NCBI GenBank assembly: GCA_951406725.2 | Contig: OX597827.1 | Location: 29,760,001 to 29,824,000 of the forward strand | Length of the DNA: 64,000 nucleotides | Source: Octopus vulgaris | Taxonomy: Eukaryota | Direction of reading: 5' to 3' | In this document: positions 25,758 through 37,117 of the stretch, one piece after another | How positions within the stretch are numbered: the stretch's first letter is position 1 | Layout: every line of letters starts with the position of its first letter | Translations under genes and position numbers: made by a program | Notes under the pieces: generated by a model | Seen by the model: the letters and a program-made list of their open reading frames with translations, nothing else | Database searches by the model: none | What the model was told of the DNA's origin: nothing

Positions 25758-25806
<49 letters not shown>

Positions 25807-25811
25807 GTATG

Positions 25812-25872
<61 letters not shown>

Positions 25873-25891
25873 ATATATATATATATATACG

Positions 25892-25927
<36 letters not shown>

Positions 25928-26754
25928 TGTATGTATGTATGTATGTATGTATGTATGTATGTATGTATGAAGCTATCTATGTACGAGGCGATGCTGAAAG
26001 CTCCTGGCTGTAAAGGTATCGCGAAAGGTCTGGTCTTAAGCCGAATACCTCAACCACTAAGCTACGCACCGTTACATTTAAAGCTTTGTGTTGTATGAAA
26101 GCAGAGCAAGGGTCCACAGCTTTGAGGGTTGTGATTTCCTTAGTTTGGGGGAGTGAAGATGATTTTTCTCTCCACTGAAGTTAGTCGGGTATTTTTCCGG
26201 ATTCCATGGAGAGCCTTCTTTGGGCACTTGCCTTGGCTCCCCACGGGAATAGGGACCCGATTCAGACCTATGTAATTATAGGAAATTTCGCCAGATACAT
26301 TTCTTGCCCTAGGAAAATTCGCCAAGAGAAAACATATTACAGTAATCCCTTGGCTATTGCGAGTTTTACGCTCCAAAACCCCCGGCGAAGCAGAAACAGT
26401 AATGTACTGTTTATTTTTTTATTATTATTTTTATAATCTGTATATATTTATTGATAATAAATGCAAAGCAACACCACAGAGGAATCGACGTAAGCTTAGA
26501 TAATAAACCGCGTTAAGTGAACCGAGATATTGCGAGAGATTACTGTAGCTTTTTCTCAAAATGGCGAATACATCAACTAACCTACCAATCAGAGAATGGC
26601 AATTTCTTTAAAATGAGTTATCTAGTTTACAGTCTGCTTGTCTGCCTCCTTTACGGCAAACTTTCTTTTGGTAAATTTTCCCCACGTCAATATGTTTATA
26701 AAGTTAGTTTTCCGGACACCAATCTATGTATGTTTCATTTAGTTTGGTAATATT

Positions 26755-27385
26755 GATTTCAAATTTTGGCCCAGTGCCAGCAATTTCGGGTTGCGGAGAG
26801 CTAAGTCGATTACATTGGCCCCCAGGGTTCAACTGGTGCTTATTTCATCGACTTCGAAAGATGGACTCAGAATGTAAAAAAGGACGAAATGCCGCAAAAC
26901 ATTTTGTCCGGCGTGCTAACGATTCTGCCAGTCCGCCACCTTTTAGTTTAGCAATGTTGGTGTTTGTGTCTTTACGGTGAGGAGCGATGAGCTGCCAAAA
27001 TCGTTATCATACCAGGCATAAAATGCTTAGCGGCATTTCGTCCGTCTTTAGGTTTTGAGTTCAAATTCCACCGAGGTCGACTTCACCTTTCATTGTTTCG
27101 GATTCGATGGAATAAATACCACCAGAACACTGGGATGGACGCAGTTGACTACCCCGTCCCCAGAAATTGCTTGCCTTGTACCAAAATGTGAAAGTGTTAA
27201 GCATGTATGTGTGTAAAGTCATATACATTTTTAGCAGCTTTTCGTCCGTCGCTACGTTCTGATTTCAAATTCCTCTGACGTCGATTTCGTCTTTCATCCC
27301 TTCAGTGACAACAAAGTAAGAACCAGTTGTGCACTGGGGTCGATGTAATCGACTAGAACCGAAATTGCTATCCAAAATTTGAAAC
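26755..27385. mobile_element. Cluster of diverged SINE family A copies on both strands
   Basis: Head, B-box and core motifs at about 26755-26942 (-), 26975-27195 (+) and 27235-27355 (+). Confidence 0.7.
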
Positions 27386-27560
27386 TGGTATTCATATGTA
27401 GCTGTGTGTGTATGTACGTATGTATGTACGTATGTAGGTAGGTATGTACATATGTAGGTATGTACGTATGTACATATGTAGGTAGGTATGTACATATGTA
27501 GGTAGGTGTATGTACGTATGTATGTACATATGTAGGTGTGTGTCTGTGTATGTGTGTGTG

Positions 27561-27591
<31 letters not shown>

Positions 27592-27737
27592 CTGTGTCTG
27601 TGTCTGTGTGTTTGTGTGATAATTAAATAAGCATGCCAGTAACCAAACAAATTCATTTAACTCATACCCATACCCACACACATCTTCCTTAATGCACCGA
27701 TTTGTTCTCATGTCTTATTATTCGATGATGTCATTGA

Positions 27738-27765
27738 ATTTTTTTTTATTTTCCTTCTATTTCAG
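27738..27765 (+). promoter_or_regulatory. Splice acceptor upstream of the GPCR coding exon (intron in the 5' UTR)
   Basis: Long polypyrimidine tract TTTTTTTTTATTTTCCTTCTATTTCAG; an in-frame TAG at 27834-27836 lies between it and the ATG. Confidence 0.7.
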
Positions 27766-27863
27766 AATGGTGAAATACGTTCCAATGTGACAAAGAGCTG
27801 ATTTTAGAACATATTCACGGTTGAAAGACTTTCTAGAGATTCAGTGAATTCCAAGAAACCAGT

Positions 27864-29120
27864 ATGACGTCAGAAAATGAATGCGATCTCTTATTCAATA
27901 ATGCCACTGGTAATATTGCCAACATTCTTGAACTGAACAGGTTAAAAGTTCGGGATTATATCCCTGTCTTGCTTTATATTTCAATTGGAATTGTAATAGG
28001 CACGACCGGCAATGCTGCTGTTATGTATGTCTACAGTCGCAAGATGGAACGAACCGGGACAAACAGATTTGTGGTCATGCTAGGAGCGTGTGACTTCTTA
28101 AGTTGTGTATTTTCAATGCCTATGGAGCTACTCAGAGTTTCTCAACCGCATATTTTTAGTGGGCAAGGAGCCTGTAAACTCTCTTTGTTGATTGCTTCAG
28201 CGATCGCGATAGATTCTGGACTTATAATATTCGCTATTTCTATAGACCGTTACAGACGAATGTGTCGGCCGTTTGACAAACAGCTCACCCAGAGAATGGC
28301 TGAAATTGTGTCCGTGGTACTTGTAGTTATTTCATTTATGCTAGGATGGCCTTCATGGTTAATTTATGGTACCAGAAGAACACCGACGCAAAACAGCAAA
28401 GTCAGCGGTGGGTGTGAATGTGGTATTGCTCAATCCATGTTTGATACGATATATCCACGATTATTTTACTACGCTCTCCTTATTCTTTCGGTGGCTTTAT
28501 TTTCTATAATTTTCTTGCTATATTTTCTCATTGCTATCAAGGTATGGAGACACAAAAATAAACGATTGGCAGCCACTAAAAATGTCTCAAATGCCATAGT
28601 ATCTACTACTTCACCTGTTAAACCTTCAAGTAATTCATTGCCTGGCAAGAAAATATTACCTTATCTTCCGACACAGGAGAGCGAAATTTCAGTCGATTCG
28701 CGCAATGCGTTACCAAGTCAAAGAATACCAAAGCATGTACGGATAATTCCACATGGAAATAGATCTCCTTCAAAAGGAACACTTCTTCGTGTAACAAGAA
28801 CTTCTTCCATTATGGCTTTAATAGCTGTAACTTGGGTTCTTAGCTATATGCCTCATATTATTTTGGTCATGCTGGAAATTCACGTAAAAGGATTTCGCGA
28901 AACATTGACTCCATTACAGGACATATTTTTCCAGTTAGCCATACGTTCTTATCTCCTCAACAACGCAGTTAACCCTATTATATATGGTGTATTCAATATG
29001 CGATTCCGGAGAGAAGTAAGACGAATAATTAGCTATATCCTACCACCTTGTGTTCGTCCAACCATTACTCCCACACAACCTTCTAGCCAGATGTGCAGTC
29101 AGCCGTCCATGGATGATTAG
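27864..29120 (+). CDS. Rhodopsin-family (class A) GPCR, peptide-receptor-like orphan, 418 aa, CDS in one exon
   Basis: Seven hydrophobic segments; GN in TM1, LGACD in TM2, DRY after TM3, Cys at the top of TM3 and in ECL2, SYMP in TM6, NPIIY in TM7 followed by an FRREV helix 8; N-glycosylation sequon NAT near the N-terminus. Confidence 0.95.
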   Translation: MTSENECDLLFNNATGNIANILELNRLKVRDYIPVLLYISIGIVIGTTGNAAVMYVYSRKMERTGTNRFVVMLGACDFLSCVFSMPMELLRVSQPHIFSGQGACKLSLLIASAIAIDSGLIIFAISIDRYRRMCRPFDKQLTQRMAEIVSVVLVVISFMLGWPSWLIYGTRRTPTQNSKVSGGCECGIAQSMFDTIYPRLFYYALLILSVALFSIIFLLYFLIAIKVWRHKNKRLAATKNVSNAIVSTTSPVKPSSNSLPGKKILPYLPTQESEISVDSRNALPSQRIPKHVRIIPHGNRSPSKGTLLRVTRTSSIMALIAVTWVLSYMPHIILVMLEIHVKGFRETLTPLQDIFFQLAIRSYLLNNAVNPIIYGVFNMRFRREVRRIISYILPPCVRPTITPTQPSSQMCSQPSMDD

Positions 29121-29273
29121 AACTCTTTTCCATCATGCGGTTTTCATTTACCATGCAAACAAAAAAAAATGTTTGGTTCTTCTAATTTATTTCACATGTT
29201 CTCATCGCGTTGTTCGTTGGTAAAACATTTAATTACTTTTATACGGAGGTTCAATTCGAACTGTGCTACAAGG

Positions 29274-29279
29274 AATAAA
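29274..29279 (+). promoter_or_regulatory. Candidate polyadenylation signal for the GPCR
   Basis: First AATAAA I noticed after the stop codon; weak evidence in AT-rich DNA. Confidence 0.3.
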
Positions 29280-29888
29280 TCAATAGAATAACAGAGAAAA
29301 GCCTGGTTACATATGGATTGTTGAAACGAATGTTAAAAATAATATGTCACTTTAATGAAAGTAAAGTATTTTACATATAAATTTTTCAGTGACATCTTTA
29401 ACCTGTATATATATATATATTAAAAAAAAAAGAGTTAAAAACGTATCAAGTGGAATGTTCTATTGAAAACATGAACTATGCAAATTGAAGTATTGAAGTT
29501 TATATCTTTAAACCTGTTTTGATATCTTAAATCTTTTCGGGCGAATGCTCAGGTCAAAACTAATAGAGCGCTTAAGCATTTGTAAAGAAAATAGATTGTT
29601 GCATAACGTCAAGGATTGTAAATATGGCTAATGTATGTGTGTGTGAGGTGTGTATACATGTGTATGCCTTCGTATATATGTATATTTATATATGAGCATG
29701 CGTGTGTGTGTATAAATATATATATATATATATATATAAAGCATCAAGCTAATACACTCCGTGTGCATGTACTCTTATCCGTTCATTTTATTCGTTTATT
29801 TGAATTGACTGTGTGTGGGTGTGCATACGTTATTTGTATCGAAGGAATGAGACATGACTGTTCAATACATGTTGTAAAAGGTATAACT

Positions 29889-29890
<2 letters not shown>

Positions 29891-29979
<89 letters not shown>
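29891..29979. repeat. (CT)n microsatellite
   Basis: Pure CT run. Confidence 0.98.
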
Positions 29980-29981
<2 letters not shown>

Positions 29982-30010
29982 AAGACGGGTTTTGCTCGAA
30001 ACGTTATGAC
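29979..30010 (+). ncRNA. Hammerhead remnant with CCGAAGA core (5' strand of stem I replaced by the CT tract)
   Basis: CCGAAGA C GGGU UUU GCUC GAAA CG UU AUGAC. Confidence 0.4.
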
Positions 30011-30087
30011 TCACGACTTCTCACATCATACAAACCAAACTTATTAAAATTTGTTGATTTTAATCGATATCATTGTATTGCAGAAGT

Positions 30088-30135
<48 letters not shown>

Positions 30136-30281
30136 AGTAAATATGTGAAATATTATTACTGTTAAAAACAGTAATAATGAGGTGGCTAGCAAGACTTCTA
30201 CCTAAACAGGTATAATAAGAAATATTTTAATAAAAGAAAGGTAAAGATACCGCTTACTAAAAATAAAAGCGAAAGCTTCAG

Positions 30282-30688
30282 AAAACCACCAATTCTACGA
30301 TAAATGCACACACGAGCAATATAATGAATATTTTTTAAAATAGGCCTACCTTCAGGATGGAATTTGAAAGTAGTTTACTACATACCCCACTATCAATTGA
30401 TTTCATGCTGTGCATGAGAAAACATGCTTCGCATCGTCAGTTGGAGACAGTACATAACATCTATTTCTAAAATATTCATTACGTCAACTCGTGTGCGTTT
30501 CTAACTTTAAACGTCCCGCTCCGTTTAAAGAGAAAATTATCGTAAACAATAAAAAAGTAAATATGAAATCAATTGACATCGGGGTATGTAGTAACCTACT
30601 TTTAAACTCCATCCTGAAGGTAGGCCTATTTTTAAAAATATTCATTACATTGCTCGTGTGTGTATTTATCGTAGAATTGGTGGGTTTT
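30282..30688. repeat. Inverted repeat with arms of about 125 bp
   Basis: 30282-30406 is the reverse complement of 30563-30688, with a spacer of about 155 bp. Confidence 0.85.
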
Positions 30689-30829
30689 TTTATATACGGA
30701 GATGTATTTGCATAGCGAGTGACTTGATCTGAGATCGTGTGCTTGAACGAAAACTGCAGAGTAGAAGGTGTTTATAAGCCATTTAAGAAACACAAAAACC
30801 GTTAGATTCACTTCAACATTTAAATTTAA

Positions 30830-30880
30830 TTTGTCAGAATATTTTCGTCGCTTTGAGACCGCGACCTGTTCACTGACAAA
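30830..30880 (-). ncRNA. Type I hammerhead variant with G3-C8 core (GUGAACA), fully formed
   Basis: UUUGUCA GUGAACA G GUCGC GGUCUCAAA GCGAC GAAA AUAU UC UGACAAA: perfect 7-bp stem I, 5-bp stem II, palindromic AAUAUU stem III. Confidence 0.8.
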
Positions 30881-30897
30881 ACTTCGTGCTGCATCTC

Positions 30898-30980
<83 letters not shown>

Positions 30981-31093
30981 TGTGTGTGTATAAAGTTAAT
31001 CCAAACAAGAAAACACAAAAAAAACACAACAACGCGAGGACGTGGAACAAATATAGTATTATTGGACGCTCAGGAAAGAAGGGAAGAAGGAGG

Positions 31094-31125
31094 GTTTAAC
31101 GTTTCGAGCGGAGCTCTTCGGAAAC
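31094..31125 (-). ncRNA. Hammerhead-like motif with CCGA core in a pLTR-like repeat (about 30990-31200)
   Basis: GUUU CCGAA GAGC UCC GCUC GAAA CG UU AAAC; the core looks shortened. Confidence 0.45.
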
Positions 31126-31209
31126 ATAGGAGAAGGAAAGATCCCGAGAAGGGAAGACAGAGGGAAAAAAATCGTCAACGGTACACACGAGGTCATATTT
31201 TGATATATA

Positions 31210-31285
<76 letters not shown>

Positions 31286-32260
31286 TTAATAGATTTGTGC
31301 TTGAAGATCTCAAATAGCTAATCGATACATCGAATATTCAAAAAACGTTTTCCACTTCGGGCATAAACTTTCTATCATTCAGAAAAAGCGCGACATAAAA
31401 CTTCTTGGAATTAAATAACGTTAGACGAGTCGGAAAGACGAAAGTTAGACGCCCTCAAAGTAATATGACGCTGGGCAGTTTAAGCTGATCTGGCTGATAT
31501 GAGGCTAACTTTAGACCGGTCTCAACAAATAACGAAGATTAGCAAAAATAAATACAAGTGGAGAGCATGAAATATGACGAAGAATATTAAATATTATTAA
31601 AAGATAAAAGACAAGTCCAAGTTCCCCTTCAAGATGAGGTACAGGCTCGAGGATCTGTCAATATTGCTAAGGCATTCTCGCACAACATTTGTGAATATTA
31701 ATACTTTATTTTCATCGATTTTTTTAACATTCAACGTCTTTGTTAATCTTCGACACGTTTATTGCATGCTTTGAAGTCGATTTTGATGCCGTTTATAGCA
31801 GCTCCATTATTGATGTACAGACACCTGCATAATTCTTGTTTAAAGACTGGAATCTATTCGTGTATTTCTCATGCTATGAACAATAAAAATTTTAAAAAAA
31901 ACAGTAATAAAACTTTCTAAAATGGTTTGTTTGGTATAAAATTGTAATTTATGCACATGGCCAGTAAATTTGAAAAGCTAGACATAAGTCGATACCATTG
32001 ATACTAGTAAATAATTGCTACTTTATTTCATTTACCCCGAAAAGTTTAAAATCAAAATTGATCTCCGCAGGATTTGAACTCAGAGAGTAAACAATGGAAC
32101 ATACAAACAAACTACTTTTCCGACTTCGGAACGATTGTGCCACCTTGCTTACATTGCGCAAAATTATAAGGAAATTTCTTTCTAATGTAGCCTAAGGCCA
32201 GCAATTCTGGGGCGAAGGCTTAGTCACTTGTATCATCCCTTGTATCTGACTGGTACATTA

Positions 32261-33145
32261 CGCATTCTGATCAATAAGTATCCGAACTGTTGCTATAGTA
32301 ATGAGGCTAAAGCAGGCAGAGAAAAGCCGCTTGGCACAGATTGAACTTGAACTATGTTGTACATACGCACTAAGTTTTAACGTTCTAGCTCATTTCCGCT
32401 GCTTACAGCAGTGCTTGGCAGGAAGGTGTGTGGCGTGTGATCATCGCATTGTACATGATAGAGAGAATTGAGCAGAGAATCTGCATCAAATTTTGTCAAA
32501 AGCTTGGCGATACCCACTCAAAGACCTACACACACAAAATTTTCGAAGAGTTTTCATCGTTCTGGACACAATCAAGGAGAACTTGTGCAACTGAAACCCG
32601 AGTGTCCTTTTGGTCAGCTGAAGACAGTCTTGGCGCAAACTTAGCAGACACATGTCTCATACCCAAATCTTCAATGATAATGGACTGAACTGAACCGTAA
32701 CTAATCTTCACATCCTCTGATAAATCACGGATGGTGATTCGACGATTTCCCCTCACAGCTGCACGGACATCTGCAATGTACTGGTTGTGGGTCTCCCAGA
32801 ATGTTCGTCAATATTGACATTCTTTCAACTATTTTGGAAATGTCAGAACCATCGTACACTTGTGTGCGGATCATACACTTCTCTCTTTACATTTTCTGTA
32901 TTTTTGCGCGGACCTCTGAGCAGGTATCGCCATGACAACTTTCTTTGTCATGGTCAATGTGACGAGCACGCGCTACACACCTTCCTTCAAAGCACTGCTG
33001 TAAACAGCGGAAGTGAGCTAGAACGTTAAAACTGAGTGCGCATGCACAGCAACGTTCAAGGTCAATCTTTGCCGAGCGGCTTTACACCGCGTGCTTTAGC
33101 TTCGTTACTATGACAACAGTCCGGATACATATTGATCAGACTTCG
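32261..33145. mobile_element. Mariner-derived fold-back element made of two inverted 5' ends
   Basis: TA-flanked TIRs (..CTGATCAATAAGTATCCG / CCGGATACATATTGATCAGA..) extend to inverted arms of about 250 bp; transposase N-termini on both strands (EQRICIKFCQKLG on +; NRRITIRDLSEDVKISYGSVQSII on -). Confidence 0.8.
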
Positions 33146-33259
33146 TATTTTATCGGCCCCTAAAGAATGAAAGCCAACCGGAAGAAATACTGTTTTGTCT
33201 TTTGTCCGAAGCTCTAAAGATTCTGCCAGTTTGTATTCCTGACACAAAGGAATAATAAT

Positions 33260-33830
33260 TCCTTCTACCATAAACATAAGGCCTGAAATTTGTGGGGATA
33301 GGTCTTGTCGATTACATCCACCCCTAATACTCAGCTGCTACTTATTTTACCGACCCCGAAAGGATGAAAGGCAAAGTTGACCTCGGTGGAATACGAACTC
33401 AAAAATTAAAGGGTCGGAAGAAATGCCTATTTCTTTACTACTCACAAGGGGCTAAACACAGAGAGGACAAACAAGGACAGACATAGGTATTAAGTCGATT
33501 ATATCGACCCCAGTGCGTAACTGGTACTTATTTAATCGACCCCGAAAGGATGAAAGGCAAAGTCGCCCCCGGCGGAATTTGAACTCAGAACGCAGCAGCG
33601 GACGAAATACCACAAAGCATTTCAACCGGCATGCTAACGATTCTGCCTGCTCGCCGCCTAAATAATAATAATGAAAATAATCCTCTCTACTATAGGCGCA
33701 AGGCTTGAAGTCTTGGCGGGCAGGGGGAGTCGATTGCATCGACCCCAAAATTTCACTGGTACTTAATTTATCAATTCCGAAGGATGAAAGGCAAAGTCAA
33801 CTCGGCGCAATTTGAACTCAGAACGTATAT
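33260..33830 (-). mobile_element. Cluster of three SINE family A units
   Basis: Three copies of the CCGAAAGGATGAAAGGCAAAGT core with B boxes. Confidence 0.85.
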
Positions 33831-34127
33831 TACAATGATGATAATAATTTTCTTTTTCAGCAAGGATGACGGATGATAGACACAACACAGACAAATCACA
33901 GTCATAACGATTCGTATTTCGTGAGTCTTCAATAAGCTGAGAATAATAAGAGCATTGGTGGTATCTCACCCTAGAGGTTGCTGCGATAAAATGCATACAG
34001 CACTGGGTTTCAGTCATTTACGATCTGAGATCAAAACCAACAGCAGTCAACTTTCAATTTAAATTCAAATGATATTTTGATAAACTAAATATCAATGATA
34101 TATGGCATACCGGGGAAGGGTTCGCGA

Positions 34128-34365
34128 TCGGCGAGCTGGCAAAATGGTTGGCACGCTGGACAAGAATGTTTAGCGTTTATACGTTCTAAGTTCAAATTCG
34201 ACCTCGGCAAAATTTGAACTCAGCACCTGAAGACGGCCGAAGGTGACATTACGCTTCTTCCTCTCGGTGTCAATAAAATAAGTACCAGTTGATCTCTGGA
34301 TCGATTTTATTGATTTACCCACTCTCCAGAAATTTCTGGCTTTGTGCCAAAATTTGAAAATAATA
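34128..34365 (+). mobile_element. Rearranged SINE family A copy
   Basis: GGCGAGCTGGCAAAATGGTTGGCAC head, B box with a local inversion (AGTTCAAATT..AATTTGAACT), AAATAAGTACCAG core and tail. Confidence 0.65.
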
Positions 34366-35117
34366 TAAGACATGCCGATTGTCTATAAAACAATTCTACA
34401 TACACCATTTTTTTCTTGTTTTTTTTTTGCCCATGGATGCACAATTCCACTTCCCACATTTACGGATGTTTTGTGGAAGATTGAGGGCATTAGTTAAGTC
34501 TCCCATTCGATTTCTCCAGTCCCAGAAGGAAAGTCTGCAAAGTTTATGAGCACTGCAACTTCCTACAGAAAAATAAACACAGAAGGAACAAGATTGTGGA
34601 AATGACGTTTTTAAGAATGACAATGTTCGTGATTGTGTATAAGTGTTTGTTTGTGCGTGTGTTTGTGAAACAGAGAGCGCGCGCAGATTGGGAATTTTAT
34701 ACTATACGTATGTGTGTGTGTGTATGTGTGTGTGTATGTGTGTGTGTGTGTGTGTATGTATATGAGTATATCTATATATATTAAAATCATAAGTTAGGGT
34801 GTCCACGAGATGCCGCCATGCTGAAAATAGCAGCCAGGATCTAACTCTAAAACCACATTAAGTGTTCATATAGCACAGGAAGAGAAGACAAAAAGGCAAA
34901 ATAAAACTAGTAAAAAAAATTGCTGGCTAATTCCAAATCCCGGATTTCTGACTTTGCGTTTAGAAATGCTTTGCCTGATCTAGTAGATACCCTAAGTTAT
35001 AATTTCCATAATAATTATTACCTTTGAAGGTTTTTATTTCCATGCTGGCCACTTAATAAGATTGTTATTTATTTTAAATTAACGATCTTATCCATATATA
35101 TATATATAGGTATGGTA

Positions 35118-35300
35118 GACGAGTTCAGCAAAAATTTAGATTCAGATGAATATAGTACTTAAGTTGAGGCACCAGAATTTAGTAGGGTATTACCCATACA
35201 ATTTCAAAATAAGGTGATTAAAATCAAAATAGGCAACAAGGATATCCAGAGGTAATGTAGTACGATCGTTTCATGCAACTCCATTTAATTGAACAATTAC
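35118..35300 (-). mobile_element. pLTR-like repeat related to 19256-19465, with the 3' half of a hammerhead
   Basis: Aligns with 19310-19465; minus strand has GAAA CGAUCG UA CUACAU. Confidence 0.55.
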
Positions 35301-35859
35301 ATCAATTTAAAATGTAGAGCAATCTTCAGCTGCACATAGATTTAGAATTTAATTAAATTAGAACAGATGGACTCATTAGTATAATTATACCTAAAATCTC
35401 CAAGAAGTTAAGGAGATAGACGAAGAACATGTTGTACCTATAACAGCAGAGCCGTAACTAAAATTTTCAAGAAGACAATGCCTGTCACTGATCTTTTGTT
35501 TTTTTATGGGATCATTTTTAATTCATAGACTAGTTTATCAAATCCTTTGTATATTTAAGGTTGAGAGAAACAGAAGGCAGTAACGTGATTACAATAGTCA
35601 AACAGTAATGATAATAACAACAAACCTTTTTAATTTATCCCCATTTATGTGAAACCACTTATTCAAGTTCAAGTCATTGATGCAATTTTATACGAATTGC
35701 TAATACACACACACACACACATAATAAGGGTGAAAAATTGAATATTAATTTGATTAATATGAATTGAAAACCAGTGGTGTAGCATATAAGACCATAGCGG
35801 ATCTTCTTCTAGCAAAATGGATGACCACTGTTAATGGTTCATCCCTGTTATATAATACT

Positions 35860-36135
35860 TTCACTTTAATAGTTTCAGTATTAAATTGAAAGTGTCTGCA
35901 TTACAAAAGAGAGATGTTTTTGTTTCACTTTTAACACGTAATACTGAAATAGTGGAGAAGATATGGTATTGCTGTGGGGTCGCCCTAGGCAAAAAGTCAA
36001 AATTTGTTTTGCCAATGATACTCCCCGGACCTTAAGTAAGGCATGTGTAAAATTTGAATGAAATTGGTTGTGTAGTTCTCAAGTTTTAGGGAAACACACA
36101 GACAGACACACATTCTCAGTTTTATATATATAGAT
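35860..36135 (-). mobile_element. Non-autonomous Helitron-like 5' terminus
   Basis: Minus strand starts ATCTATATATATAAAACTGAGAATGTGTGTCTGTCTG..ACCAATTTCATTCAAATTTTACAC, a layout typical of invertebrate Helitron derivatives. Confidence 0.5.
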
Positions 36136-37117
36136 TAATATATTAATAAAATTTTAATCTAAGTAGTTTTTTTATATGTAATGAATATATCAATATAGTT
36201 TTATATAAGCTAAGTATGAATTTATAGAGATACAAAACTTACAATAATTTTATAAATAAATAAAAATAAAATAAATAATCAAAGGCAGAAACGCCATAGA
36301 AAAGGAATAAAATGGCTAAATTACTAATACTATGGTAAAGTATATGTGGCTTGTCAACACCAACAGAAAAGATTTTTAGAAAAAGCATAATAATTCAAAA
36401 TATATTAGGCTAAAAATTATATTTACTTATTTAACTAATATCTATAAAAGACTGATGTTTGGTAACATCAGGTTTGTTGTTATTATTATTACTGTTTGAC
36501 TATTGTAATCACATTTGTTGGTTCCTCGTCAGGGAAACGTTGTTGTGTTGCATTTGTTAAATAATTGTAAACCGTAACCCTCCCCCTTTCGGAGGGCTTT
36601 GGTTATTGTTTAAAAATTGAATTGTGTCCCTGTTTGGGGAAATTGACAACATTTTCACTGTCTTTACGGAAGCACTTTTGTTAAAATGCCTTCGATAGAA
36701 GAAAGTCCAACAATGAATTTCGCTGCAGCCGTACACTTCTATACCAGAAGGAGGACAAGATCCAATTGATCGAAATTGCAAGAGACGGGCCTACAATTCT
36801 AGTCTGTTATATATTTTGAGTATTGTTATCACTAGCGATATCAAGATATAACTTTGTATTTTGTATTTTATGTGTAGATGTATATATATATATATAGATG
36901 TACATGTAATATGTACACATATATATACACATACTTACATGCATAATATATCTACCCATACACACATACGCACATACACACACACATACACATACATAGT
37001 GGCAGGTGTGGCTGTGTGGTAACAAACTACGTTCCAAACACATGGTCCTGGGTTCAGTCCCACTGTGTGGTGACTTGGCATGTGTCTTCTGCTGTAGCCT
37101 CAGACCAACAAAAGCCG

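Noticed and set aside
30415-30447. Minus-strand CTGACGA TGC GAAG CATG TT in the spacer of the 30282-30688 inverted repeat
   Set aside because: Stem II is absent and GAAA is mutated; at most a remnant, so not called.
36505-36550. CTGACGA (-) overlapping GAAACGTT (+), next to a 43-bp inverted match to 35585-35627
   Set aside because: The halves lie on opposite strands, so no complete ribozyme can be drawn.
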